Positions 37,866 through 47,742 of a stretch of DNA of 64,000 nt are shown here, piece after piece. Each line of letters begins with the position of its first letter. Position 1 is the first letter of the stretch. The translations under genes were made by a program, and so were the position numbers. This stretch comes from a virus (taxonomy: Duplodnaviria; Caudoviricetes): IMG/VR virus record IMGVR_UViG_3300021387_003827, positions 96,001-160,000 of that record, one strand, 5' to 3'. A model generated the notes under the pieces. It was not told the origin of the DNA and made no database searches. It saw nothing but the letters and a program-made list of their open reading frames with translations.

Positions 37866-37964
37866 TTTTGCTATTTTGAAGGAGTTAAACCCTAATTAAT
37901 GATGATAGAAGGGATGCCTTCGGCCTCCCTTCCCCGATTTGAAAATATTAAAAAATTTTTATAT

Positions 37965-39986
37965 ATGAAGAAAGATAAGATAATTGTTCCGAAAGGAATT
38001 AGATTTTTAGGTGAATGGTCAGATTTTTCTCTACCATCTCACCCATGCATCATTAATAAACAGATTACTGGTTGTGGTTTTACTGAATATTGTATTACCA
38101 ATAACCAAAACCTAATCCTCTGTTCTCCCCGTAAAATCCTCCTAGAAAACAAAGAAGAACAACATCACGGGAATGTTTATTATGTAAAAAATAATTTGGA
38201 GAAACAGCCAAATTTTGAGAAGGATCTTAATAAGAATAAGGAAGATCTTACTCCAGAGGGTGGAATTATTGACTATACTTCTGAGGAAATAAAAAGGTTA
38301 AAGAGTGGTATTAAATCTTATATAACTGGGTGTATTGTAGAAAACCGCCCATGTAAGATTCTAGTTACCTATGATTCTTTCCGACTAGTTAAAGACTCTA
38401 TAAAAGAGATGGATTCCCAAAATATTAATATTGGGATGTTTTCTGTGGTTGTAGACGAGTGGCAAGCAATTTTTGTTGATAGTACATTTAAATCGTCTAC
38501 AGAAGTTGACTTTGTTTATCAGCTCCAGGGTATTAATAATCTTTGTTTTGTTTCAGCTACGCCCATGATAGATAAGTACTTGGAAATGCTAGACGAATTC
38601 AAAGATTTACCCTATTATGAATTAGACTGGGCTGCAGATGATCCATTAAGAATTACTAAACCTTTTCTAGAGGTTCATCCTACTGGTAAGTCCATAGTTT
38701 CAATTGCCGCGGATATCATAGATCAATATAGGCAAGGAAAGGGTGAAGTCTTTGCTTTCAGAGATAATAACGGAGATATTCAAGAGATAGAGTCTAAGGA
38801 GGCTGTATTCTTTGTCAATTCGGTGAAGAATATTTGTGATATAATCAGAAAGGCAAAACTTAATCCTTCTGAAGTTAATGTCTTATGTTCTAGAGATCCA
38901 GATAATAACAAGAAAGTTAAAGCTGCTCTTGGTGTTAAAGGTAGAGGTGTGGATGTGCTAGGTAAAGTTCCGACAAAAGGAGAGCCGCATAAAATGTTTA
39001 CCCTATGCACAAGAACGGTATACTTAGGGGCGGATTTCTATTCCACTAATGCTAAGTCCTATATCTTTAGTGATGCCAACATAGACTGCTTAACTGTCGA
39101 TATTACCTTGGACTTACCACAAATTCTAGGCCGACAGAGACTTGAGAGCAATCCTTGGAAAAACAGGGCAGAGTTATATTATAAAACCCTGGCTGACAGT
39201 AAGGAGGAAACCCTAGAAGAACTTAAGGCCAGAATAAATGAAAAAGAGAAAGCCACTAATGATATCCTCCTTTCTTTCAGTCTTACACCAGAAGAAAGTA
39301 GACATTCGGTAGCTAGAAAATATCAACGAGACGCTAAGAACTCTAATTATAAGTATGATTATGTGGCTGTTAATGTTCATGCTGGGAAAGATTTAGTCCC
39401 TGTTTTTAATAATCTGGTTAAAATTTCAGATCTTAGAAATTATGAGATTCAGCAGGTTGATTATAAGGATAGATTTAGTGTTATGAACTCCCTAAACGGC
39501 GGAGGAAATAATGTAATCTTGACAAACATAGATATGGTTATTCAAGATATTCTTAGTCTTCCTGGTTTTCCCGAACGAATGAAGTATATTTATGATCTCA
39601 AGTTACCCGAAAATATAATAGAAATTGTTTTATCAAGAATTCCTATAATATATGGTAATTTCTATAGATCTGTAACCCCCGAAGAAGCTAAACGACTATC
39701 ATATCGAAAGGGAGAACTGGAAAAGAGGTACGACAGAAGTATGAATAATCAACAGGTAGATACGGATAATCTTAGAGGCATGATATATCGAGAATTTAAG
39801 GTAGGGTCTAGATATACTAAGTCCTATATAAAAGAGAAACTTGGGGAAATATATAATGATTGTGGTTATATAAGAACCCCAAAAGCGAATGATCTCGAGG
39901 AATATTTTGAGTTATCTGACTGTAAAATTCAGAATAAAGAGACAGGCAAGAGGGATATGTCTTTTGAAATATTAAAAAAGAAATAA
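37965..39986 (+). CDS. SF2 helicase-like protein (possible origin-binding/replication initiator)
   Basis: TGCGFTE (degenerate Walker A), TYDSF, VVDEWQ, VSATP, FFVNS, QILGRQR. Confidence 0.75.
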   Translation: MKKDKIIVPKGIRFLGEWSDFSLPSHPCIINKQITGCGFTEYCITNNQNLILCSPRKILLENKEEQHHGNVYYVKNNLEKQPNFEKDLNKNKEDLTPEGGIIDYTSEEIKRLKSGIKSYITGCIVENRPCKILVTYDSFRLVKDSIKEMDSQNINIGMFSVVVDEWQAIFVDSTFKSSTEVDFVYQLQGINNLCFVSATPMIDKYLEMLDEFKDLPYYELDWAADDPLRITKPFLEVHPTGKSIVSIAADIIDQYRQGKGEVFAFRDNNGDIQEIESKEAVFFVNSVKNICDIIRKAKLNPSEVNVLCSRDPDNNKKVKAALGVKGRGVDVLGKVPTKGEPHKMFTLCTRTVYLGADFYSTNAKSYIFSDANIDCLTVDITLDLPQILGRQRLESNPWKNRAELYYKTLADSKEETLEELKARINEKEKATNDILLSFSLTPEESRHSVARKYQRDAKNSNYKYDYVAVNVHAGKDLVPVFNNLVKISDLRNYEIQQVDYKDRFSVMNSLNGGGNNVILTNIDMVIQDILSLPGFPERMKYIYDLKLPENIIEIVLSRIPIIYGNFYRSVTPEEAKRLSYRKGELEKRYDRSMNNQQVDTDNLRGMIYREFKVGSRYTKSYIKEKLGEIYNDCGYIRTPKANDLEEYFELSDCKIQNKETGKRDMSFEILKKK

Positions 39987-40004
39987 ACCTCGATTTCCTT
40001 ATAT

Positions 40005-40087
40005 ATAGAGTGGTAGGTTTTTATCTATCAATCGTCTTCAACACAACACTAGGAGCGGTCAGTTGTGATAATTAACCGCTCTTTTTA
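40005..40087 (+). ncRNA. Candidate small RNA / attenuator leader
   Basis: Promoter motif 39997..40008, 5' hairpin, terminator 40053..40087. Confidence 0.4.
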
Positions 40088-40101
40088 TTTTTTTATTATT
40101 T

Positions 40102-40476
40102 ATGGAAAAATTAAGTATACGTGATTTACTTCCTGGTCATTGGATAAGAAGTTATGGAGAAAATGACCAAATTCTTGATATAGACCAAAGTGAAGATGGA
40201 AAGTGGTGGTTTTTCGCCAAAGAACATAATGCCTGGTGTGATTGTGATGAAATATATCCAATTCCTCTAGACTCATATATTTTAGAGGAAACTGGATTTA
40301 TAAAAGCGGCGGATGGATCTTATGTAATGGACGATGTTAAATTATATCCTGGTTTTAAGATTATACAGTGTGGCAAAAGGCTTATTTATAGTTCTGAATC
40401 CACTATAGCCGTCCACCAATTACAAGATATTTTCAGGTTATGTGGAATAAAGAAAGAAATAAAGGGACTAATTTAA
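40102..40476 (+). CDS. Hypothetical protein
   Basis: PIPL..ILEETGF..VHQLQ motif family. Confidence 0.65.
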   Translation: MEKLSIRDLLPGHWIRSYGENDQILDIDQSEDGKWWFFAKEHNAWCDCDEIYPIPLDSYILEETGFIKAADGSYVMDDVKLYPGFKIIQCGKRLIYSSESTIAVHQLQDIFRLCGIKKEIKGLI

Positions 40477-40493
40477 AATCCCTTTATTTTTTT

Positions 40494-41153
40494 TTAAGAT
40501 CCAATATCAAATGTTATAGCTTTTCCTTCATCAAAGACATTAACACCTTCCAGAACAAGATCTCCTATATGATGTCCCCAGATTCCGAAAATTCCACTAG
40601 TTATATTTCGATTTATGAGAGGACAGCCTGGGTTTATATCACACATTCTCCCCGACTTTACTGGTGATGTTTCTTCTTCCAGTCTATAAATCTCTATATA
40701 ACCATCAACGAAGGCTTCTATGAAATCTGCACTCATTGTTATCTCCTCTGTGGTTTCAAATATGGCAGTTCTACTTAGAGGATATGTATAGTAGAATTTT
40801 GCACCCTTCGGAATAGGATAGGGGAGTGGATTATTATGAGATTTAGCCCACTCCATTGTTTCTTCTTTATGTCCGGGTGCAGCAAAGCGAAAGTTTGAAT
40901 ATTTCTTTTCATTAAGCTCATCCCAAATCTTTCTATCCTCTTCAGAAAGTGGATCCTTTATCACATTATTCTCGCTCTCGTCCGGCTTCTTCCCCCAAAG
41001 GATATCACTAATTCTATCCCATTCTTTTTGATCTTCCGGAGATAACTCATTCTCTAGACAAAATCCTAAGGCCTTGACAGTAAAATTCTTATCAGGAGTC
41101 CTCTGTTCCTTCCAGATCTTCTCTTCTTCTTTTTCTTCCCTTAACTTTAGCAT
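40494..41153 (-). CDS. Hypothetical protein (start uncertain)
   Basis: C-terminal GIFGIWGHHIGDLVLEG. Confidence 0.55.
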   Translation of the reverse strand: MLKLREEKEEEKIWKEQRTPDKNFTVKALGFCLENELSPEDQKEWDRISDILWGKKPDESENNVIKDPLSEEDRKIWDELNEKKYSNFRFAAPGHKEETMEWAKSHNNPLPYPIPKGAKFYYTYPLSRTAIFETTEEITMSADFIEAFVDGYIEIYRLEEETSPVKSGRMCDINPGCPLINRNITSGIFGIWGHHIGDLVLEGVNVFDEGKAITFDIGS

Positions 41154-41472
41154 AATTTTCTTTTGTATACTCCCAGACCGGTATAAAGAGATCATAACCA
41201 TCATCATCTTCGAAGTGGTTTATTTCTTCATCATATTCATACCAAAATTTTGTTCTGGGATATGTAAATTTTTCTCCATCCCATGTAGCTACCCTGGCAT
41301 TTCTACAGTACCCTATATATTTCTTTCCGGGTACAAGGTCTTTCTTTGGTATAGCTCCACAAGATATTAATTTTTCCACATAGAGCTTATATTCCTCCTC
41401 CGGAACGATTGGAGGGCTAGGAATATCGTCTATACATTCAAAAGGTTGTAAATTTTCCCAATATTCATCCAT
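41092..41472 (-). CDS. Hypothetical protein
   Basis: Promoter TCTTATAGGTGA at 41474..41485; YIGYCRNARVATWDG. Confidence 0.65.
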   Translation of the reverse strand: MDEYWENLQPFECIDDIPSPPIVPEEEYKLYVEKLISCGAIPKKDLVPGKKYIGYCRNARVATWDGEKFTYPRTKFWYEYDEEINHFEDDDGYDLFIPVWEYTKENYAKVKGRKRRREDLEGTEDS

Positions 41473-41518
41473 ATCACCTATAAGAAAAGAAAGGGAGTTT
41501 TACCTCCCTATTTTTGAT

Positions 41519-41845
41519 TTATTCTCCCAATATTTCAGTTGTTATATTCTGTTCCTCTTCCGTTTCGATATCAGAGATAATAACTTTAACTGGTTCTATA
41601 CAATGTTCGTGATCTCCCCAGTGTCTCATAGATTCATCCATAGCATTAGAACACTCTTTGATATATTCTCTTATTCTTTTTGCTATAGAATTCTCATAGC
41701 CAATATAAGGACTGGAATCACAAGTAACTTCAAATCTAATTCTAACAGCCAGGTTTTTCGTTTTCTTATCTAGGTCAGGGCTGTTTGGAAATCTATCTTC
41801 TGACATTGGATATTCCTTTTCTAGTTCTTCTTTACTTAATATCAT
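41519..41845 (-). CDS. Hypothetical protein
   Basis: ORF. Confidence 0.55.
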   Translation of the reverse strand: MILSKEELEKEYPMSEDRFPNSPDLDKKTKNLAVRIRFEVTCDSSPYIGYENSIAKRIREYIKECSNAMDESMRHWGDHEHCIEPVKVIISDIETEEEQNITTEILGE

Positions 41846-41848
41846 ATA

Positions 41849-42418
41849 CTAGCCAAATTTTACATATACATCATTATTATACTTTTGCCAGAAATTCTTA
41901 ATTACTGTTTCCATTTCCGGCGAATATCCTTCAACTCGACACATTGCATCGATATAGTATTCAGAGATTATCCTTCCTTGCTTCTCTTCTGACTCCTTTA
42001 TCCATTTAATAAACTCTTCCGGATCTGTAAAGGACTCTTCAGGATACCCATATATTCTAACGGGCACATCGAATCCGCACTGAACATAGATTTTATCTCC
42101 TATGACTTTGTAATCTACGTCCTCAAAATAGTTATTGTATATTCTGACAAGTTCTGACATAGTTGTGCAGTTCTTTAATTTATCTACACACTCTGTATCA
42201 TTTCTTACCCAAACAAGAACGTCGCTTTTCTCGATTCCTTCGCCATAGCCACTCTTAAAATCTTTGTAAATCTTCTCAACTATCTCCTGTTCCGACAACT
42301 TAGGATAAGACTGCCGTGCGAAAGATCCTCGTCCAAGTTTCTTTGATATTAATTTATTTTTGGTCTCTTCAAATTCACTATCATTAAGTGCTCTATATGA
42401 CCACGTATGACATCCCAT
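41849..42418 (-). CDS. Hypothetical protein (MGCHTW...FG family)
   Basis: Promoter TCTTATAGATGA at 42438..42449. Confidence 0.65.
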   Translation of the reverse strand: MGCHTWSYRALNDSEFEETKNKLISKKLGRGSFARQSYPKLSEQEIVEKIYKDFKSGYGEGIEKSDVLVWVRNDTECVDKLKNCTTMSELVRIYNNYFEDVDYKVIGDKIYVQCGFDVPVRIYGYPEESFTDPEEFIKWIKESEEKQGRIISEYYIDAMCRVEGYSPEMETVIKNFWQKYNNDVYVKFG

Positions 42419-42466
42419 AATTTTTTATAATCTTAATTCATCTATAAGAAAAATAAAGGGAAGATT

Positions 42467-42760
42467 TTACTCTTCCCCTATAAATTCTTTTAATTGCTCT
42501 TTAGTCATCATCCCAACTCGCCTGTCTGTTTCAATACCATCCTTGTAGCGAATTAGGGTAGGAACATTTCGTATACCAAGCTCTTCTACCATGTCTTCAG
42601 CTTCTTCAGCATCGACAAGGTAAAACTTAATTCCCGGATATTCTGGTTCGAGTTGTTTAAGATTCTCCTCGACTAACTTACATGGGCTACAAAATCCAGT
42701 TCCAATTTTAACGAGCGAATTTGTTTTCTCGATTTCTTCTAATTTAGTTATTTCTTTCAT
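42467..42760 (-). CDS. trxA: Thioredoxin
   Basis: FCSPCK, GIRNVPTL. Confidence 0.85.
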   Translation of the reverse strand: MKEITKLEEIEKTNSLVKIGTGFCSPCKLVEENLKQLEPEYPGIKFYLVDAEEAEDMVEELGIRNVPTLIRYKDGIETDRRVGMMTKEQLKEFIGEE

Positions 42761-43413
42761 TTCTTATATAGTTTACAATGACATTCACCGGTTTCTCTAT
42801 ATTCTAAGCAAGGACATATAGTATCAGGAGTATGATCAAGCCGACAAGGACAATACTTTTCACCATATTTCTCCTTGTTTCTTTCTAATCCATTCCTTAT
42901 CTTCTTGACGTGTTCTAGATCATCATTTAACTCATACTTAGCCTTCCCGTCTAAAGATCTCCAAAACTTAAACGTAATGTCTAATCTCTCTCCGTCTATG
43001 ATCCGATAAAGAACCTGATTAGTTGTTGTCTTATTCAGTGGGCCTTTTTCAGCTATATACGGTCCTACTTTTATATAATCGAAGTAGGCATTATAATCAT
43101 CGGGGACTTCAAGGCGGCCGGAATATAAGGCTGTTTTTAATCCATATTCCTTTCTTACGATCTGGGCAAGGGAGAGTAGTGATTCCTTGTCTCTCCCTTC
43201 ACCCATAAATGATACGCAAGTAATTCCTGAGTTCTTCTTAATCAAACAGCCTAGAACTTCGGCCGTTAATTTTTCCCCCGTGTCAGTTTGAAGATAAGGG
43301 CTGTGACATCCAACACACGATCCGGGGCAGTTTGAGATATTAAGGGCCATCGTAATCTCTTCAGGCACCTCTGAAAAAACTATACTTGTATCTTCTGGAA
43401 CGTATTTAATCAT
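42757..43413 (-). CDS. nrdG: Anaerobic RNR activase fused to a ferredoxin:thioredoxin reductase catalytic-type domain
   Basis: Radical SAM CPGSCVGCHS, KVGPY..TTNQ; C-terminal YCPC..ICPC..CHC. Confidence 0.85.
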   Translation of the reverse strand: MIKYVPEDTSIVFSEVPEEITMALNISNCPGSCVGCHSPYLQTDTGEKLTAEVLGCLIKKNSGITCVSFMGEGRDKESLLSLAQIVRKEYGLKTALYSGRLEVPDDYNAYFDYIKVGPYIAEKGPLNKTTTNQVLYRIIDGERLDITFKFWRSLDGKAKYELNDDLEHVKKIRNGLERNKEKYGEKYCPCRLDHTPDTICPCLEYRETGECHCKLYKK

Positions 43414-44500
43414 CTTTTAAAAAATCTTGACCTGTTTTACTTCTAAGTTCTTCTATTTGTTTTCTGGTGTATCCGTGAACTTTAAACAAATGGCAGTCTT
43501 CACAGTAAGTTATTAGGTTATCCAAATCATTTACTCTGTGATCGGATTTCATTATTCTTAAAAGTTCTTCTGCCTGCTCAGGATTATTTACATCAAGTTC
43601 AGGATGTTCATTTAGTATTTCGTTGTATATCTTCCATAGAGGAATTTTATGATGAACATGAAGGTTTTTAGTGTTCCCACATCCATCCATTTGACAGACG
43701 TGATTGTCCCTTTCTAACACTTTTTTGTGAATGTTATCCCTAGAGTATGCCCTTAACCTTTCATAGATTGGGCTAACTCCTTTCCAGTGTGGGCTTTTTT
43801 CTCCACATAAAAGTTTAGCGGCCTCGACCTGTGTTCTTCTAGGAATACCGAATCTGTCAAGAGCTTTTTTAACTGTTTTGACGGTAACCCCGTAGTCCCT
43901 AGATAACTCAGACAGAGATTTTCCCTGTTTTATATATAGTTCTTCTAATTTTGCTTTATCTTTAAAATCCTCTGGGAGTTTTTTATCTACAAAGTCAATC
44001 TCTCTTCTCTGAAGTTTACTAACTTTTTGTTTAGAAATAGCACGCTTGACAGCCCTTTTGGGAACTTTGAGGTACTTAGACATTTCGTCAACGCTCATGT
44101 CCTTAGTAACCCACAAATCATAGATTACTTCATGGTTGTCCAGATCAGGATTATAATATTTTTCCCTCCGTTTTTCATGTATAACTAAATCTGACTCATG
44201 CGGGGTCCTGGTAGCTATTCCCAGGCTATTAAAAGCTTTTCTCACATAGAAAATAGTAGTTCCTAGTTTGTCTGCAATGTCTTCCTTGGACATCTTCTTG
44301 TTTGTATATAAATCATACAGAAACTCTTTGTTTCCTAGTTCAGGTACCAGCGAATTTGGATTTTTCATAGGTATCCCTAAAGAGGATAGCTTTCGATATG
44401 CTTTTTCTTTAGGGATACCTAATATTTCAGCAATTTTCTTTGTAGATAATTTCTTATTTATTCTTAGATCATATAAATATTCATAACTATAATTATTCAT
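43406..44500 (-). CDS. Free-standing HNH endonuclease with four HTH-like repeats
   Basis: RDNHVC..C..HVHH..NLITYCEDCH; LYxLY..S..IA..LG repeats. Confidence 0.8.
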   Translation of the reverse strand: MNNYSYEYLYDLRINKKLSTKKIAEILGIPKEKAYRKLSSLGIPMKNPNSLVPELGNKEFLYDLYTNKKMSKEDIADKLGTTIFYVRKAFNSLGIATRTPHESDLVIHEKRREKYYNPDLDNHEVIYDLWVTKDMSVDEMSKYLKVPKRAVKRAISKQKVSKLQRREIDFVDKKLPEDFKDKAKLEELYIKQGKSLSELSRDYGVTVKTVKKALDRFGIPRRTQVEAAKLLCGEKSPHWKGVSPIYERLRAYSRDNIHKKVLERDNHVCQMDGCGNTKNLHVHHKIPLWKIYNEILNEHPELDVNNPEQAEELLRIMKSDHRVNDLDNLITYCEDCHLFKVHGYTRKQIEELRSKTGQDFLKDD

Positions 44501-47500
44501 TATACTATATCTTCTTCATCTTTTTTGTGGAACACTCTCTTCTTAGCTTCCTTAAATCTTTCTTTACTGTACGCACTAAGAGGGCGGAGGTATCCAATAA
44601 TTCTAATCCACCAGTCCATATTATGACTTCCACAGACTGGGCAAACTTCGGCAGGACCATTTACAACATGGGAACAGTCAAGGCAGACGCTTACGGGCCT
44701 GTTAATGGTCCAGTAGCTTGTTTTATTCGCAGTTGAATAATCTATTAATTTCATGTACTGCTCAAAGCTTAAGTCCTCAAGCATGTTTAAGTGACAAGCC
44801 TGACCGCCTGATGTATATGCGCTAGTGCACTCTCCATGAAGGTACATTTTATCCAAGACAGAGACTTTATTATCCCAAGGATTGAAGAAGTAGCTTGAAT
44901 AGAGGTTTCTATCTGCTGGAACATAATACCCGTCTTTCTTATCCTTCTGATAATACTTGACTGCTAGATTCTCCCCAGGAATTGCTTCGCTGTTAAATAG
45001 GAATGGTCTCTTTTTATCCTTGATAGAGTGAAGTTTATTCTGTTCTTCGATAGTCGACAGGAAGATCTGAAGGAACTCGATGTAATCATCATTTTTTGTA
45101 GGTTCGAACCCAAGAAACATTGCTGCTTCCTGATATCCAATATGACCAATCGTACTATATAGCTTCTTCATAAAGATATATCCACCATTAGAGGAAGCAA
45201 ACATCTTCTTATCTTCGAGATCATAGAGCATAGTCTTAAATGCGATATGATATTTATACACCCTTTCAAGAATGTTTATAAGATAGTTCTTAAATCCTTG
45301 CTTATCTTCTTCGGTAAACTTTCTGTGCACTCTTCCATCTTCCTCAATATAGTCGGGATGCTGTTCACGAATATACTTCTGGGTGATTCTATTAATGTTG
45401 AGAGTTATAACATTACAGGATCCCGTCATAATTCCCTGAAGGCCGTTTACTGAAGAGAACGTATTTTCAGTTATTTCGTTCAGGACTCTACAGTTGTGAG
45501 TTATGAGCCCTGAAGGAAGTGTGAAGTAAGGCTCCTTTTCATTCTTACACTCAATACAATAAACATTGTCAGTGTATTCTACTTTTTCAATACTTTTGAT
45601 CTTAAAGTATATTGAATTATTCTTTTTTATCCAGGTATGGTCTGGGTTCTTATTTATTCTATGGTTAGCTGGCTCATACCAACGAACGCAATATAGAGGA
45701 TAGTTTCTGTCATATTCCTCTCCGCGAATAATAACCTTTTCATCTGTTCTATCACTAATATCAATGATAGACTGCATACCTAGGGAAGTTATTAGGACTT
45801 CCATATCTTCAGCAAGTTTGGGGCTAGTTGTATAGCATCTGTTTGAGTTTCCTCCGTCAGTATTATACCACCCATCAAGAATTCCCTTCCTAAACTCCAC
45901 TGACTGAAGAAGGCAATTCAGGTTTAGCTCTTTATTAAATGCATATGTTCCTCTTCTCCAATTGGTCCACCTCATAATGAAGGCTGCGGTTTCTTTAGAC
46001 GACAGTCTTACCGGATATACGTTATTGTGAACAGACCCTAAGCGAGGAGCATTAGAACCGCCAAGTTGATTATTGGCACGTTCGAGCCTTTCTAATAATT
46101 CTTGATATTTGTTTTCATTTTGTGAGTATATTATATCGTATACTGTTCCCCTAATTTCAGACCCAAACGAACCATCTCCTAGAAAAGCACCAACAATAAA
46201 TCCCTGATCATAGGTTAAGTGCTCATCATTTTCTGGAATTGCATTTAGTTCCATTGTATTAAACATGAGATAGTCGTCAGTAGTAAGCTTATCAGTGGTT
46301 TTCTCTCCATCTAGGGTTACATTTATATGGTTATCGGTCATTACCAACTCTTTATTGTTGGAAGTAATAACCCTATACATATCCCTATTAGGAAGTTCAA
46401 TTGCTTTGCCACTAACCCAGCTTCCATTATGAAATATCTTAAGGTTTTTCTTAGCAGGTTCCCAAGGAAGATCGTACAGCTCTTTGAGTGTTGTAAGATT
46501 AACACCAGAAGTAGATGATTTCCAGAGAACTTTTTGATCCTTTGAGAAACAGCAACTAGCCAGCGATGAGGGATTATTACTGTTATACAAGAAGTGAGAG
46601 CTTCCCTTACTCCACTCTTCTGCACAGAGCTTTTTATAATCTTGATCAATTATGTCTTTTCCATCATTTACTACAGCAATAGTGGTAACTGGGAATGTAA
46701 GTGGCTTGATTAGATTTAAGTCTCTTCTCAGTTTAAGAATAATTCTCTGAACACAGTCTACTTCTTCCCAGGTGCACTGTGTCCCATCCGGATAATAGAA
46801 ATCTTTAAATAGTGCATCAAAGTAGGTGTGGTCATAAATTGATATATTAGTAAATGGGCTATTACTGTTTCTATTTCCGGCTGGTTGATTAACGCCATAT
46901 ATAAATTGTTTAATAGCCTTTTTGATTTCAGATCTAACTGTTTTTTCTTTCTGACATGGGCCGGTACTTACAACATCATCGATATGCTTTACCCAATCCT
47001 TTCCATACTCCATTCTGATATAATAGATTAGGGCTATTTGATACTCGCCGAGAGCAACAGCACCCTTACATTGCGCAGATAGGAGGAAAGTCGCATTGGT
47101 AAGCTGGCCAGAGAAAGACTGAAGATCATTTGGTGCTGAGGGAGTTACTCCATCCAGATTTCCTACTCCACCTGCCATTAAAGGGTATAGACTGACAGCT
47201 TGGCAGTAGTATTTAAGCGCAGGTGAACTTGCCTCATCATGGGTATAAATTATCCCTTCCTCTAGGTCTTCTTTATAATTATTTGCCACCTCAGGGTAAA
47301 GTTCATGAAGCTTATTCTTCATTCTCTTTCTCTGAAGATTTCTATTCTTTGTCTTAAATACCTCTCCCTCCAACGATGCTACGCTCTTTTGAGACATATT
47401 TGCATTTGGATCGGTCTCTGAGGCTGTCGCAGCATTGTCTGTAGTATCTACATAGTCCTCCATGTATTTCTCACGATCTTTTAAAAATGCATCGTCTTCG

Positions 47501-47736
47501 CCATATGCAATATATGCCTTCGCAGCTTTCTTTGAATAATCCATCAAGAGCTCTTCAACCTGATCTCTAATTTCTTTGGTTGAAATGCCACCATAGAGAG
47601 ATAGTGAATTACAAATATCCTCTCCTATCTCTTCATTATAGGGCTGCTTTGATTTCTTAAATGCAGCATAAATACCGCTTTTAACTTTGTCTGCGCTAAA
47701 CTCTTCAAACAGACCACTGCTTTTCTTTACTTCCAT
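44500..47736 (-). CDS. nrdD: Class III anaerobic ribonucleotide reductase with ATP-cone and intein
   Basis: YTHD, TFPVTT, SC/CR active site, PGENLA, CxxC..CxxC, RIIGYL glycyl loop. Confidence 0.95.
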   Translation of the reverse strand: MEVKKSSGLFEEFSADKVKSGIYAAFKKSKQPYNEEIGEDICNSLSLYGGISTKEIRDQVEELLMDYSKKAAKAYIAYGEDDAFLKDREKYMEDYVDTTDNAATASETDPNANMSQKSVASLEGEVFKTKNRNLQRKRMKNKLHELYPEVANNYKEDLEEGIIYTHDEASSPALKYYCQAVSLYPLMAGGVGNLDGVTPSAPNDLQSFSGQLTNATFLLSAQCKGAVALGEYQIALIYYIRMEYGKDWVKHIDDVVSTGPCQKEKTVRSEIKKAIKQFIYGVNQPAGNRNSNSPFTNISIYDHTYFDALFKDFYYPDGTQCTWEEVDCVQRIILKLRRDLNLIKPLTFPVTTIAVVNDGKDIIDQDYKKLCAEEWSKGSSHFLYNSNNPSSLASCCFSKDQKVLWKSSTSGVNLTTLKELYDLPWEPAKKNLKIFHNGSWVSGKAIELPNRDMYRVITSNNKELVMTDNHINVTLDGEKTTDKLTTDDYLMFNTMELNAIPENDEHLTYDQGFIVGAFLGDGSFGSEIRGTVYDIIYSQNENKYQELLERLERANNQLGGSNAPRLGSVHNNVYPVRLSSKETAAFIMRWTNWRRGTYAFNKELNLNCLLQSVEFRKGILDGWYNTDGGNSNRCYTTSPKLAEDMEVLITSLGMQSIIDISDRTDEKVIIRGEEYDRNYPLYCVRWYEPANHRINKNPDHTWIKKNNSIYFKIKSIEKVEYTDNVYCIECKNEKEPYFTLPSGLITHNCRVLNEITENTFSSVNGLQGIMTGSCNVITLNINRITQKYIREQHPDYIEEDGRVHRKFTEEDKQGFKNYLINILERVYKYHIAFKTMLYDLEDKKMFASSNGGYIFMKKLYSTIGHIGYQEAAMFLGFEPTKNDDYIEFLQIFLSTIEEQNKLHSIKDKKRPFLFNSEAIPGENLAVKYYQKDKKDGYYVPADRNLYSSYFFNPWDNKVSVLDKMYLHGECTSAYTSGGQACHLNMLEDLSFEQYMKLIDYSTANKTSYWTINRPVSVCLDCSHVVNGPAEVCPVCGSHNMDWWIRIIGYLRPLSAYSKERFKEAKKRVFHKKDEEDIV
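45493..46551 (-). mobile_element. Intein (353 aa) with LAGLIDADG endonuclease in NrdD
   Basis: Starts CFSKDQKV, TDNH block B, GAFLGDGS and DGWYNTDG, ends ITHN before Cys. Confidence 0.93.
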
Positions 47737-47742
47737 AATATA

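Noticed and set aside
43406-44500. HNH ORF as intron-encoded
   Set aside because: nrdD and nrdG are both complete and directly overlap it; no intron core visible.
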